From positions 49,232-113,231 of the forward strand of contig CAZQWH010000002.1 of assembly GCA_964597145.1 (NCBI GenBank): DNA of 64,000 nt. Direction: 5' to 3'. Below, piece by piece: positions 48,294 through 58,071 of this stretch. The notes beneath the pieces are model-generated. The model did not search any database. It saw nothing but the letters and a program-made list of their open reading frames with translations, and had not been told where the DNA came from. The position numbers were made by a program, and so were the translations under genes. The DNA comes from an uncultured Candidatus Saccharibacteria bacterium. GTDB taxonomy: Bacteria; Patescibacteriota; CAZHWT01. How positions within the stretch are numbered: position 1 is the stretch's first letter; the number at the start of each line of letters is the position of its first letter.

Positions 48294-51200
48294 ATATACG
48301 ACTAAGAATCCAGCGCTCAGCCACCTTACTAGTTGCCTTACTAGCCGTTGTTGGAATAGTGTTTCCAACTAATAGCTTAGCGGCAGACGCGGATAAGGTC
48401 ATTATTGGTGGGTCTTCATCGTATTCAGCTGGCGATACGGTAAATATTGAAGTCAGAGTACCGTGGCCCGATTCTATTGACGTTAACCCTGTCGAAATTG
48501 TATTAGTGGTTGATGCTTCGGCGTCACTAGATTCGTACATCGCGGCAGCTAAAACTCCACTTAAAAACTTTGTTGATGACCTGGCTAATTTCCCCGGAGC
48601 AGCCAAAGTGTCTGTAGTTACCTTTGGCCATCGGCCATCCTCAAGTTCTGCTCCAAACAGCCCTTTCACCCACACCCAGTTTGCCATGAGACAAATTAAG
48701 ACATCGACGGATAGAACCGATTTAAAAAATGCGATTAATAGTATTGACACCAACAGCCTTGAAGCCTATTCGGATATCCGACAAGGAATTATCTATGGCA
48801 ATAGCAAGTTCTCAACAAGTAGCAACGTAAGTAAGCGCTATTTAGTACTAGTGACAGATGGATTAGATAACTATCCTGCATCGGGCTCGAGTATCTTGGG
48901 TGAAACAAGCTGGAATGGACAGTGCGCCATCACTCCGTCTGGAGCATCTAATATTAGTGGCCTACGGTATGATGAATTTACAATCTTACCTGGCGGAGAC
49001 ACTTCAAAAAAATTAGATTTTAGCTTTAATGACGGCTCAAATAAGCACTATATTTCGCCATGCGGATACGGCCAAGGTGATAGTATTCCAACTGGTTCAC
49101 AATTCATTAACAAAATGACTACCGCTTTTTCCAATACAGATCGGGCTACTAGCCTACAGGATACAATCAACCAGATCTACTACTTAATCACGCCAGCTCA
49201 GGTTGAAGTCACCGATCGATTAAACAGCAATGTATTCGACTCAATCATCACTACTCAAAACCCCAAGAATTGCAGCTCTGGTGACACCTATTCATTTGGC
49301 GACACTCAAAAAACTGGCGCTATCTCATTTAGCTCAACAGCACTTTCGCCAAGCAAAAATGGCACCTGTATTCGAATTAGCGCTCGAGTTAAATCTGGGG
49401 CAAGTACAGGCAGTCAATCAATCAATTCCAGTATTAACTCGGTCAAGTACAAAAACGTGCCTGGCGATATTTTGTCTGAGACAGATATTAAACTTGGCTC
49501 CATAAATATTAGTGGTGGAACCTTCCCCACACCAGACCCTACTTCTACTCCCATAGACAATTCGCCAACGCCAACACCAACACCCAAACCAACACCAATT
49601 TCAACGCCACCACCATCAACCAAAGATCTAGGGTTAAACGCTGGGCCTAATTTTAGCGTCAATGCTGGGGAGCAGCACACCTCAAGCGTCAGTCTGCAGT
49701 ATTATCCAAATTCCTCCGCCTGGTCCACCAGCGACAGAGTGATGCTGAAAATTACGGGCATTGTATCTTCGAGTAGTAGTTGTCCTAGTAGTTACACGGC
49801 CGATGCAGTATCAACCGGATCTAACATAACCGCTGGACTAAATACACTAGGTAATGACACCACCTTCTTATATTTTCCAGACTCATCCCGATCAGTCATT
49901 GTTAAGCCAAACACCAGTGCAAGTCCTGGTAATTACAAAGTCTGTCTTGGTGGCATGCTGGTTGGCCACACCGATATTTATGCCACCGATTCCCTTAACT
50001 TTACGGTTGTTGCTCAAAGCAAGGACCTAGCCTTAACTACAGAGTCGGGAATTAGTATAAGTACAGGAACTAATTACAACACCGCGGTGGGTCTTCAGTA
50101 CCTACCAAGTGCTTCTGCTTGGAACAGCAGTGATCGAGTTAACCACCGAAGTGTTGGCATTGTGCCGGCTGGGGCCACTTGTCCCGATGATGGGGGGCTG
50201 CGCACCACTGGCAGTGGTCCAACCGCTGGCATTAGTTTGAATGGTATTTATAAGACCGTTAATTTTAATACCCCTTCAATCCCTTTTACCATCCAAGTCG
50301 ATAACTCAACCGATCCAGGCAACTATAAAATATGCTTATATGCCATAAGAGTCAGAGAGTCTATCAGTGATCCTTATGTCAAGGCCTATAAAGAACTAAA
50401 CTTTACCGTTACCGCCCCACCTAAAAGCATCGGGTTAACAACCGAGCCTAATATTAAGATAAATGCCGGCGCAACCTACACTACCTCGGCTGGAATCCAA
50501 TATTTACCGAGTGATTCGGCCTGGGATACCAGCGATCGATTGTGGCTTAAAATCACCGGGATTATGCCAGCCAGCAGTAGTTGTCCGGCAGACGCTCGGG
50601 CTGATGATGTAACGTCCGGTACTGGCTCGGCATCAAACATCACTGCTGGGATAGATAATCTAGGAGATGGATTTAAATATTTATATTATGATACCGCGTC
50701 AAAATCAATTAAAATCCAACCAGGTACCAACACCCCAATCGGCGATTATAAAATCTGCCTTGGACTATCACTCAACGGTTCGTCTGATGTAGTAACAGTC
50801 GACGCTATTAATTTTGCCGTTACCCAGCAATCTTGGATACAAATAGGGCGCTCCCTGGGGCAAGCTGTTGGTGAAACCGGAGATGTTCACTCTAATAGTG
50901 GTTTAACTATCAAGGTGCCAATAAATCAATATTTCTTTAAAGATGGCACCGCTGGAGTAGTAACAGCCAAAGCCGCTTTTGACGACCCGGCCCAAGACCG
51001 ATTTACCACAGCAGCTGCCAAACTATGGCGAATACCTAGTTATCCCGATGTTATTACCACCGACAGTTATACTCGACTACGCCAAGCGATCCTAGATAAT
51101 GTGGGGCAAACTGCTATTAATTCAAATTCGGCATCCGACATTAACACAGCCTGCACCAATCACCAAACAGTGGTCATTCATCAAGCTTCATTAGCCCAAG

Positions 51201-51610
51201 GAGAGCTCCTCAACTCCGCCGACCTACCAGCCTGTGCTGGCAAAAATATTATCTTCTTAATCGATGGGGCAGCCACCTTTGATGCCAATGTAATTAACAA
51301 CTCAAACAATATTACTTTTACCTTTATTGCAAGCGGCGATATAACAGTAGACCAGAACGTCGACCAACTAGATGGGGTCTATATATTCGGCCACAACTTT
51401 GATGGCGGTGGGGGAGATACGCAACTGGTAGTTAACGGCTCACTGATTGGTTTGGCTGGAAGCTCACCCAGCTCTAGCACTGGATCATTTAACTTGCACC
51501 GAAGCTTGGCCGACAATACTACACCTGCCCTACTTATCCGCTACCAACCCAAGTATCTATTTCTACTTAAAGATGTGATGGGTACCTCCAACTACACCTG
51601 GAGCGAGTAG
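48290..51610 (+). CDS. Large secreted surface protein: N-terminal vWA domain, three tandem ~125-aa beta-rich repeats, C-terminal ~290-aa domain
   Basis: Signal peptide; vWA MIDAS 'VLVVDASASLD' and 'LVLVTDGLDN'; Pro/Thr linker; thrice-repeated 'L.LTTE..I.I..G..Y.T..G.QYLPS.SAW..SDR...GI...S.CP...G.YK.CLG' units. Confidence 0.75.
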   Translation: MNIRLRIQRSATLLVALLAVVGIVFPTNSLAADADKVIIGGSSSYSAGDTVNIEVRVPWPDSIDVNPVEIVLVVDASASLDSYIAAAKTPLKNFVDDLANFPGAAKVSVVTFGHRPSSSSAPNSPFTHTQFAMRQIKTSTDRTDLKNAINSIDTNSLEAYSDIRQGIIYGNSKFSTSSNVSKRYLVLVTDGLDNYPASGSSILGETSWNGQCAITPSGASNISGLRYDEFTILPGGDTSKKLDFSFNDGSNKHYISPCGYGQGDSIPTGSQFINKMTTAFSNTDRATSLQDTINQIYYLITPAQVEVTDRLNSNVFDSIITTQNPKNCSSGDTYSFGDTQKTGAISFSSTALSPSKNGTCIRISARVKSGASTGSQSINSSINSVKYKNVPGDILSETDIKLGSINISGGTFPTPDPTSTPIDNSPTPTPTPKPTPISTPPPSTKDLGLNAGPNFSVNAGEQHTSSVSLQYYPNSSAWSTSDRVMLKITGIVSSSSSCPSSYTADAVSTGSNITAGLNTLGNDTTFLYFPDSSRSVIVKPNTSASPGNYKVCLGGMLVGHTDIYATDSLNFTVVAQSKDLALTTESGISISTGTNYNTAVGLQYLPSASAWNSSDRVNHRSVGIVPAGATCPDDGGLRTTGSGPTAGISLNGIYKTVNFNTPSIPFTIQVDNSTDPGNYKICLYAIRVRESISDPYVKAYKELNFTVTAPPKSIGLTTEPNIKINAGATYTTSAGIQYLPSDSAWDTSDRLWLKITGIMPASSSCPADARADDVTSGTGSASNITAGIDNLGDGFKYLYYDTASKSIKIQPGTNTPIGDYKICLGLSLNGSSDVVTVDAINFAVTQQSWIQIGRSLGQAVGETGDVHSNSGLTIKVPINQYFFKDGTAGVVTAKAAFDDPAQDRFTTAAAKLWRIPSYPDVITTDSYTRLRQAILDNVGQTAINSNSASDINTACTNHQTVVIHQASLAQGELLNSADLPACAGKNIIFLIDGAATFDANVINNSNNITFTFIASGDITVDQNVDQLDGVYIFGHNFDGGGGDTQLVVNGSLIGLAGSSPSSSTGSFNLHRSLADNTTPALLIRYQPKYLFLLKDVMGTSNYTWSE

Positions 51611-51612
51611 AG

Positions 51613-51662
51613 GACTTTGGACTTTGGACTTTGGACTTTGGACTTTGGACTTTGGACTTTGG
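51613..51662. repeat. Heptanucleotide tandem array (GACTTTG, 7 units) starting 3 nt after the stop codon of the 1106-aa gene
   Basis: Read directly; followed by the conserved 'GGAGGAGATTCTATCTCTTCGCT' and 'GATCACCACGGCGTAGC...GATGACGGGAGGG' flanks. Confidence 0.9.
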
Positions 51663-51969
51663 AGGAGATTCTATCTCTTCGCTATAGATACTGCTGGTAA
51701 TACAGGCAGGTCTGGTTGGATAAAGTAGATACCGATTAAATTGGGGTAGATCACCACGGCGTAGCTTCCGCCAGGGGCGGACAGGCGTGATGACGGGAGG
51801 GATTCGAAGATCGTATATCGGGTTTTAGGTTTGGTGTTTGTGATTTCGAGCTTGTGATTTGTTTCTCATTTCGAATTTCTCATTTCGGCTTTTGCCTATA
51901 ATTCCACCTCCATTTCTTGTCTTGCGCATTTCGTATTCTGCCTTCTAGTTTCCCATCCCACCCGGCACA

Positions 51970-52040
51970 TCACCCTTCCATCATTTATCTGAGTTATTTT
52001 GGCCAACGTATATACGGGCGTATATACGTTTTTTGAGCCT
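51970..52040 (+). repeat. Second copy of the TTATCTGAGTTATTT plus AACGTATATACG-N3-CGTATATACGTT-T6 terminator-like element
   Basis: Near-identical to 30002..30070. Confidence 0.75.
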
Positions 52041-52178
52041 TTCGTGAAATCTTCTGGGATATTGGGGAAGTGAGACGCGAGTGGGGTTACATTTTGGTAT
52101 AACTGTACTTAAAAGACCACTGCTGTAGCAGTGGTCTTTTAAGTAATCTCAATTGCAATCAGGCAATCTAGCCATCGG

Positions 52179-52514
52179 TTAGGCTGCTTGACGTTGCTGC
52201 TGGAAGCAGTCGTTGCAATAAACAGGCTTAGCACCGCTCGGTTCAAACGGTACCTCGGTATCTTTACCGCAATTGGCACAAACGGCCGGGTGCATTTGGC
52301 GTGGACCGCCGTTGCGATGACCGTTAAAACGAGCTTTCTTAGCTGCCCGGCAAGCAGGACAACGCTGAGGCTCGCTAAAGCCCTTCTCAGCATAAAACTC
52401 TTGTTCTTGAGCAGTGAAAGTAAACTCGCGAGAGGCAGGCATGCCAGTCTCGTCTAGGGTATTTTCATCGTGGAATGAATCGGTACACGATAAAACTTTA
52501 TCTTGATATTCCAT
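52179..52514 (-). CDS. Zinc-ribbon protein (two CxxC pairs)
   Basis: 'CPACR...CANCGK...CNDC'; ATG at 52514 preceded by a perfect RBS 'AAGGAGGTG'. Confidence 0.5.
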   Translation of the reverse strand: MEYQDKVLSCTDSFHDENTLDETGMPASREFTFTAQEQEFYAEKGFSEPQRCPACRAAKKARFNGHRNGGPRQMHPAVCANCGKDTEVPFEPSGAKPVYCNDCFQQQRQAA

Positions 52515-52769
52515 CTTTCTGTGGTTCACCTCCTTTATTGGCGAACTTCCTTGGCGCAAAGGAGGAGTGCAGAAAGAAGAAATCTCGTCTTACGCTAGCT
52601 ACCAGCCTTATCCTCGGTATGTCAGAAGCCACCTCGCGTATATCTATTTGGCCATTAGTCCAAATCTACAACTAAGTCGGCTTCTGTTGCGAGTATATAA
52701 GTCTGGAATAAGCTGGTCAAGTAGGAAAGCGACAACAGTGAGCGTTGTAGGGTTACAAGACGAGAGACT

Positions 52770-52805
52770 GGATGCGGGATGCGGGATAAGGGATAAGGGA
52801 TAAGG
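52770..52805. repeat. Heptanucleotide tandem array (GGATGCG x2, GGATAAG x3)
   Basis: Read directly; followed by 'GGTTAGTATACGTCATTGCGAAGG', as at 30346. Confidence 0.85.
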
Positions 52806-52814
52806 TTAGTATAC

Positions 52815-52928
52815 GTCATTGCGAAGGAGTGGTAACGACTATGGCAACCTGCCCGCCATGCTTACGCAGCCGTTGCAGGCGGGTCTTGGTGGGATCTAGC
52901 AGATCGCCACGGCGTAGCCTCGCGATGA
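52815..52928. repeat. MITE-like element, GTCATTGCGAAGG ... CCTCGCGATGAC termini
   Basis: 114 nt; internal 'GGAGTGGTAACGACTATGGCAACCTGCC' and 'GATCGCCACGGCGTAGCCTCGCGATGACGG' boxes shared with 38350 and 38551. Confidence 0.75.
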
Positions 52929-53338
52929 CGGGGAAGAGGATTTGTATATTGTATATCGTATATCGTATTTCGGGGATTGGGTTGGTGTGTTGTGATTCCT
53001 GTCCGCAAGGCTGGTTATGGCTTGCCTGGTGGACGGGTTTTGTTTCTGATTTGTTTCGTATTTCGTATTTCGTATTTTGTATTTCTGAATAAGTTTTACC
53101 TTTTATCTTTTCCGTTCAGATCACAGCTGTCCTTTAGGTAAGATTTTTGTCTTATCGAACAACTTCCAACTAAGGCTCAATCTAGCTCATTCCCCTAGCT
53201 ATCTGAGTTAATTCTGTGACTAAGAAATATTTTACCCAATTTCCGGTCTAAATTTTCAAAAATTAACCAACAGCGGAGTACATATTTTACCCTGGTAATT
53301 TGACAGGCAACCAAGCGATTGGATACCATTAACAAGAT

Positions 53339-53971
53339 ATGGAACTGCCCCTTAAACGGACGCATCTACGCCGCACGCTATTGTTATTGTGGCTCCCCTC
53401 AATGGCTTTGCTGATTCCTACGGCCGGCATCGTGCTGGCTAGCTTTAACCAATCGCCAGAGTCTATTTCGTTTATCCCTTTGGAACAGCCTCAAAATGGC
53501 GGGTTATTTGCTGCTGCACCTCCACGTGGTCAAGTGCTTGGCGATTCAATCGTATCTGGAACAGATGCGCGTATCGCTATAGTCAGCAATTATCTACAAT
53601 CTAAAGGCTCACCAATGGCGGGTAGTGCTGCTACATTTGTAGCCACAGCCGATGAATATGCACTAGATTGGAGATTGCTGGTAGCAATTGCCGGCAAAGA
53701 GAGTAGTTTTGGTAAATACATCCCGCCGGGTTCACACAATGCCTGGGGTTGGGGCATTCCAACCGGTGCGCAGAGTGGTATTGGGTTTGATTCCTGGGAA
53801 CACGGTATCGAAACAGTAGCGCGGGGATTGCGTAAAAATTACTTCAACCATGGCTACGACACACTAATCGAAATTGAATCCAAATACACCCCTCCCAGCG
53901 CTTCTCAGGCCGACCATCCTTGGGTTACCGGCGTCAGCCACTTCATGTACGAAATCGAAAACTACCGTTAA
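53339..53971 (+). CDS. Secreted/membrane-anchored protein with SLT-like (lytic transglycosylase-like) motif; hypothetical
   Basis: N-terminal hydrophobic segment; 'LLVAIAGKESSFGKY...HNAWGWG' loosely resembles the SLT 'AIA.QES.F' catalytic region. Confidence 0.35.
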   Translation: MELPLKRTHLRRTLLLLWLPSMALLIPTAGIVLASFNQSPESISFIPLEQPQNGGLFAAAPPRGQVLGDSIVSGTDARIAIVSNYLQSKGSPMAGSAATFVATADEYALDWRLLVAIAGKESSFGKYIPPGSHNAWGWGIPTGAQSGIGFDSWEHGIETVARGLRKNYFNHGYDTLIEIESKYTPPSASQADHPWVTGVSHFMYEIENYR

Positions 53972-54145
53972 TTGGTTAGGAATATTGGGTAGGGAGTAGA
54001 GTGTGTAGCAGCAAGCACCACTTTTCTTTATATAAACCCCCTTTGTGATATAATCCTAAGCGCATTAGATAGCATCCATTGTTAGAATCAAGTTTTCTGC
54101 CTACTAACTACTATCTATGTGCTACCGCAAGCTCCGCTTGCTCAT

Positions 54146-54229
54146 GCCGGGGTGGTGAAATGGTAGACACGCATGCCTTAGGAGCATGTGTCGCAAGACG
54201 TGGAGGTTCAAGTCCTCTCCCCGGCACCA
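54146..54229 (+). tRNA. tRNA-Leu (anticodon TAG), long variable arm
   Basis: Acceptor GCCGGGG/CCCCGGC, anticodon stem-loop CATGC-CTTAGGA-GCATG, T-loop GGTTCAAGTCC, 3' ACCA. Confidence 0.9.
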
Positions 54230-54702
54230 AAAATATGGATTGAATCCGTAGTGATTCAGTCTATGTTTTTTGTGCTTGTGGGTTTGGAGTTTCACTATGC
54301 AAAGCAGGTTCACATTCTAAAAGAGTACTATGCCAACACCGATTGTAATAGTGAGAACTAGAAATCCCAACATAGTCGGGGTCCCTCTCCCCAGTACCGC
54401 ATCTATCAGTCTCAAGCTAGGAGAGTAATAACAACGCAGCAGTCTTATCTAAAGATGTACATTTGAATGTACATCTTTAGATATTTATCTGAGATGAAAT
54501 AAACAGCCATCAAATCAGACAACCTAGGTTCAAGCACGTTTAACCCCGGGGGTTAAACGGGTCGTCATTCGCACTCATTAATAATTCACAGGATAAAAAT
54601 AGCCATCACTCGGCATCATTTGTATTGGCTTATTTGACTTATACCACCCTATCCGTTATATAACCCACATCGGCGTGAGAGTGCATAAAAAGGAGAGACT
54701 TC

Positions 54703-55212
54703 ATGTATGCAACGCTCGTTTTGGTGGTGGTTGGAGCAATTATTGGCCGTAAAATCAGCCAAAAATACAATAGCGACGAGTTCGACGAGTTCACTGGCTT
54801 TGCTGTCGGGATGGTCGGTGGCCTCCTGCTTGGGGCACTACTCATATTTACTCTGGTTCAAGTCTTCTATCCACCCAAGTGGCAACAGGTGGAGACTATT
54901 GCGCTTCAGGAGAGCCATAATCCAGCCCACATACCGTATTATGTGGTGCTTATACAGGGGGATTATCCATCATACACCTACATAGATGAAGCAACTGGCG
55001 ATCCAGGCAAGGTTGAATTGCGCGGCAACACCGTACAGGTGTTCGACAACGATTTTACGGCCACTCTAAGTAAAGAGATTGAGAATCGACCAGACTGGGT
55101 GAGAACCTGGTTGATCGGACCGTCAAGTATACAAAATAAACCAGCCGTTAAGTACTTTCTCTCCGTTCCGCCCGGTGGAATCATACTAGATTCTATGACC
55201 GTCGGACCATGA
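54703..55212 (+). CDS. Membrane protein, hypothetical
   Basis: RBS 'AAAGGAGAG'; two N-terminal TM helices. Confidence 0.45.
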   Translation: MYATLVLVVVGAIIGRKISQKYNSDEFDEFTGFAVGMVGGLLLGALLIFTLVQVFYPPKWQQVETIALQESHNPAHIPYYVVLIQGDYPSYTYIDEATGDPGKVELRGNTVQVFDNDFTATLSKEIENRPDWVRTWLIGPSSIQNKPAVKYFLSVPPGGIILDSMTVGP

Positions 55213-55325
55213 GTCTAACGTCAAAAACCTTGGGGCTATTGGTTAATAACCAATAGCCCCTATATTTACGTAGCAAGACTTCCCCTGTTGACGACAAACA
55301 AAACCTCTGCTACCATACCTAACAT

Positions 55326-55415
55326 ATGTTTACGACAGCAAGCATTGTCGCTCTCACAACCGTCGTCGTCCTACTACTAGGGCGTCGGAGGCATATGGCG
55401 ATAATTGCCAAGTAA
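55326..55415 (+). CDS. Candidate small ORF for a 29-aa hydrophobic peptide 'MFTTASIVALTTVVVLLLGRRRHMAIIAK' (type I toxin-like or leader peptide)
   Basis: Putative promoter TTGACG (55279) ... TACCAT upstream and a strong terminator 30 nt downstream; single TM helix plus basic tail. Below the ORF-track cutoff. Confidence 0.25.
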   Translation: MFTTASIVALTTVVVLLLGRRRHMAIIAK

Positions 55416-55444
55416 ACACCTTACTTGAAAGAGCAATTCTCCAA

Positions 55445-55482
55445 AGCCTCCCGACTAACCACCGGGAGGTTTTTTGTTTTTG
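55445..55482 (+). terminator. Rho-independent terminator
   Basis: CCTCCCG stem ... CGGGAGG followed by TTTTTTGTTTTT. Confidence 0.75.
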
Positions 55483-55658
55483 GTCTGGTCTTAGTGGCTA
55501 ACAAACTGATGGTAAGCATCCATCACTTGTTTGTAGGATTAGAAAACATCTAATCCTACTAGCTGAGACTAGGTACTCACAAAAATGAGTAGAGGTTCAG
55601 TACCTTGCCAGACCACCGTTGGTGAGAAAGAGTAGAGGTGTAGACAAGGAGAGGAGTC

Positions 55659-55826
55659 ATGGCCTGTGCCGACTATGGTGTCCAGTTTATGTCCACAGCC
55701 CAATTGCAACAGATTGCCAGCAAGCGCAAAGGGCGAAACTGGAGAGCAGCCGTGAAAGAGCTGACCAATCGTAAAAGGCGACACAAGCAAGCCTTGCGAC
55801 AGGACAAATCACGCAGCAAGCGCTAA
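55659..55826 (+). CDS. Small basic protein (55 aa), hypothetical
   Basis: ATG 6 nt after 'AAGGAGAGGAG'; Lys/Arg-rich C-terminus. Competes with an antisense 73-aa ORF that lacks an RBS. Confidence 0.35.
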   Translation: MACADYGVQFMSTAQLQQIASKRKGRNWRAAVKELTNRKRRHKQALRQDKSRSKR

Positions 55827-56032
55827 TGCAGCTTTTAGCAAGACTAGAGAGTCAACATATGGGCTATCATCAAGGTCGACAGAAATAGTCATTCAACCCA
55901 GGTTGTACACGATGTGGTGTCAATCTGGGTTGCTTTTTATTCAGGGGAGCTAATCAAACTTTTCCCTTGAACTCCAGAGAATATTAGTGTAATATTGTGA
56001 GGTTTAAAACAGCAAACAAGGACATCTTTACC

Positions 56033-57094
56033 ATGAAATCATCGTTAAAAAAACTACCTCAGAGCCAAGTAGAACTCACCTTTCAGCTCGACCCAAAAGA
56101 ATTAGAAAAAGAGCGCGAAGTTGCATTTAAAAAGTTAGCCACCCAAGTTAAGGTACCTGGATTCCGGGCTGGTAAGGCACCTCGGCGCATGATTGAGGAG
56201 CATATGAACCCCTCTGCACCAATGCAGCAAGCCCTAGATGTGGTGCTCAACCAGGCCTATCAAGAAGCCCTCAAGGAGCATGAACTAACTCCGGTAGCAC
56301 AACCAGAGGTTAATCTTGAGTCGCTAGACTTAGCTAAACCCATCGAGGCTAAAGCGGTCGTCCAAATTCGCCCCCAAGCCAAAGTTGGCGATTATACTAA
56401 GATTAAAGCCAAAAAAGAAGTTATCAAGATTGACGAGAACAAAGTTGATGAAACTTTAAAGACTATTTTTGAACGCTCAACTGAGCAAAAGGGTGAAGGG
56501 AGTCATGAGAAAGGACAGTTGGTTGGGGCGGATGGCCAGCCACTAACCAAGGGCAAGCCCGAGGCTCAGATGGATGACGCCTGGGCCAAAACCTTAGGCG
56601 CCAAAGATCTAACTGGCCTGCGCCAAATGGTCAAAGGCGACCTAGAGGGTCAAGCCGAATATGAAGCTCAAAATAAATGGCAAGAAGCGGTCTTAGACGA
56701 GTTAATTGCTATGACCAAGACCGAGCTACCTCCAGCATTTGTTGAAGATGAGATTTCGCGGATGCGATCACACTACCAACAGCAGCTCCAAGGGGTTGGC
56801 ATAACCATGGATGATTATCTAAAACAGGCCGGTAAAACCCAAGCAGGGCTAGAAGAACAGTGGCGACCTCAAGCCGAAAAGCAGGCCACTATGGAAATTG
56901 CCCTAGCCGAGATAGCCAAGCAAGAAGATATTCAGGTCGAAGAGAGCGAAGTCGAAGCCGAACTGGCCAAGGTAGATGATAAGACTCGGGCTCAATTCCA
57001 AGACCCACAACAACGCTATTATTTAACCTATTCGCTATGGAGACAAAAAGTACTCAAACATATACTTAACACTCTAGATAAAGGGAAGAAGTAA
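56033..57094 (+). CDS. tig: Trigger factor (short form)
   Basis: N-terminal ribosome-binding signature 'GFRAGKAPRRMIE'; 353 aa from the ATG at 56033. Confidence 0.85.
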   Translation: MKSSLKKLPQSQVELTFQLDPKELEKEREVAFKKLATQVKVPGFRAGKAPRRMIEEHMNPSAPMQQALDVVLNQAYQEALKEHELTPVAQPEVNLESLDLAKPIEAKAVVQIRPQAKVGDYTKIKAKKEVIKIDENKVDETLKTIFERSTEQKGEGSHEKGQLVGADGQPLTKGKPEAQMDDAWAKTLGAKDLTGLRQMVKGDLEGQAEYEAQNKWQEAVLDELIAMTKTELPPAFVEDEISRMRSHYQQQLQGVGITMDDYLKQAGKTQAGLEEQWRPQAEKQATMEIALAEIAKQEDIQVEESEVEAELAKVDDKTRAQFQDPQQRYYLTYSLWRQKVLKHILNTLDKGKK

Positions 57095-57240
57095 GGTGTT
57101 GCAAGTCGCAGCGTCAAGGTCAAAATATTGATAAAAGATAGAAACTAGATCCTGGATCAAGTCCAGGATGACAAGGAAAATTAAGTTATTATATATTTTC
57201 CTTGTCAACTAACAACGATAAACTACTCCGAAGGAGCATT

Positions 57241-57816
57241 ATGGATTTGGTTCCAATGGTAATTAAAAAAGATATGCGCGGTGAGCGGGCGTATGATATA
57301 TTCTCCCGCCTACTAGAAGACCGGATCATATTCGTTGGGGGCGGCATTCACGATGACATGTCACATGTGATTGTTGCCCAGCTACTGTACCTTGAAGCGC
57401 AAGACCCTCAAAAGGATATTTCTATGTATATCAATAGTCCAGGAGGCGTGATTACGGCTGGATTGGCCATTTATGACACCATGCAGCATATTCAATGCGA
57501 TGTTTCCACTATCTGTGTTGGCCAAGCAGCCAGCATGGGAACTATCTTGTTGTCAGGTGGTAAAAAAGGGAAACGTTTTACCCTTCCCAATAGCCGAATC
57601 CACATGCACCAGCCTTTAGGTGGAGCAGAGGGGCAAGCAAGCGATATGGAGATCCAAGCCCGAGAGATTTTACGCATGAGGGAAATGCTGAATCAGATGC
57701 TGATGGACAACACTGGCCAATCCCAGGAGCGGATTGAAAAAGACACGGATCGCGACTTCTTTATGTCAGCTGCTGAGGCGGTGGAGTATGGACTGGTAGA
57801 TAAAGTTCTCAAGTAA
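57241..57816 (+). CDS. clpP: ATP-dependent Clp protease proteolytic subunit
   Basis: 'GQAASMG' (Ser), 'HMHQP' (His), ClpP fold throughout; RBS 'GAAGGAGC'. Confidence 0.9.
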   Translation: MDLVPMVIKKDMRGERAYDIFSRLLEDRIIFVGGGIHDDMSHVIVAQLLYLEAQDPQKDISMYINSPGGVITAGLAIYDTMQHIQCDVSTICVGQAASMGTILLSGGKKGKRFTLPNSRIHMHQPLGGAEGQASDMEIQAREILRMREMLNQMLMDNTGQSQERIEKDTDRDFFMSAAEAVEYGLVDKVLK

Positions 57817-57910
57817 GAACCTTATCTGGTAAATCGTTGGTCGATAATCGTTGGTCGTTTGGGGGTATGGTACAATCCTTAATGCATTGCCGTAGTTCTA
57901 CTTTTAATCT

Positions 57911-57987
57911 GGACTCGTAGCTCAGCTGGCTAGAGTGCTACATTGACATTGTAGAGGTCACAGGTTCAAGTCCTGTCGAGTCCACCA
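57911..57987 (+). tRNA. tRNA-Val (anticodon GAC)
   Basis: GGACTCG acceptor, D-loop AGCTCAGCTGGCTAGAGT, anticodon loop TTGACAT, T-loop GGTTCAAGTCC, 3' CCA. Confidence 0.9.
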
Positions 57988-58071
57988 TTTGAAATTGACA
58001 GTTAGCACATCCTGCTATCTCTAAGCGCTTAGTGCAACTTTCTATTTCTGGATATACATAAAAAGCAACTC

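Noticed and set aside
55569-55790. Minus-strand 73-aa ORF
   Set aside because: No RBS. It overlaps a plus-strand 55-aa ORF that has a near-perfect RBS (AAGGAGAGGAG) 6 nt before its ATG. The plus-strand call is preferred but is still low confidence.
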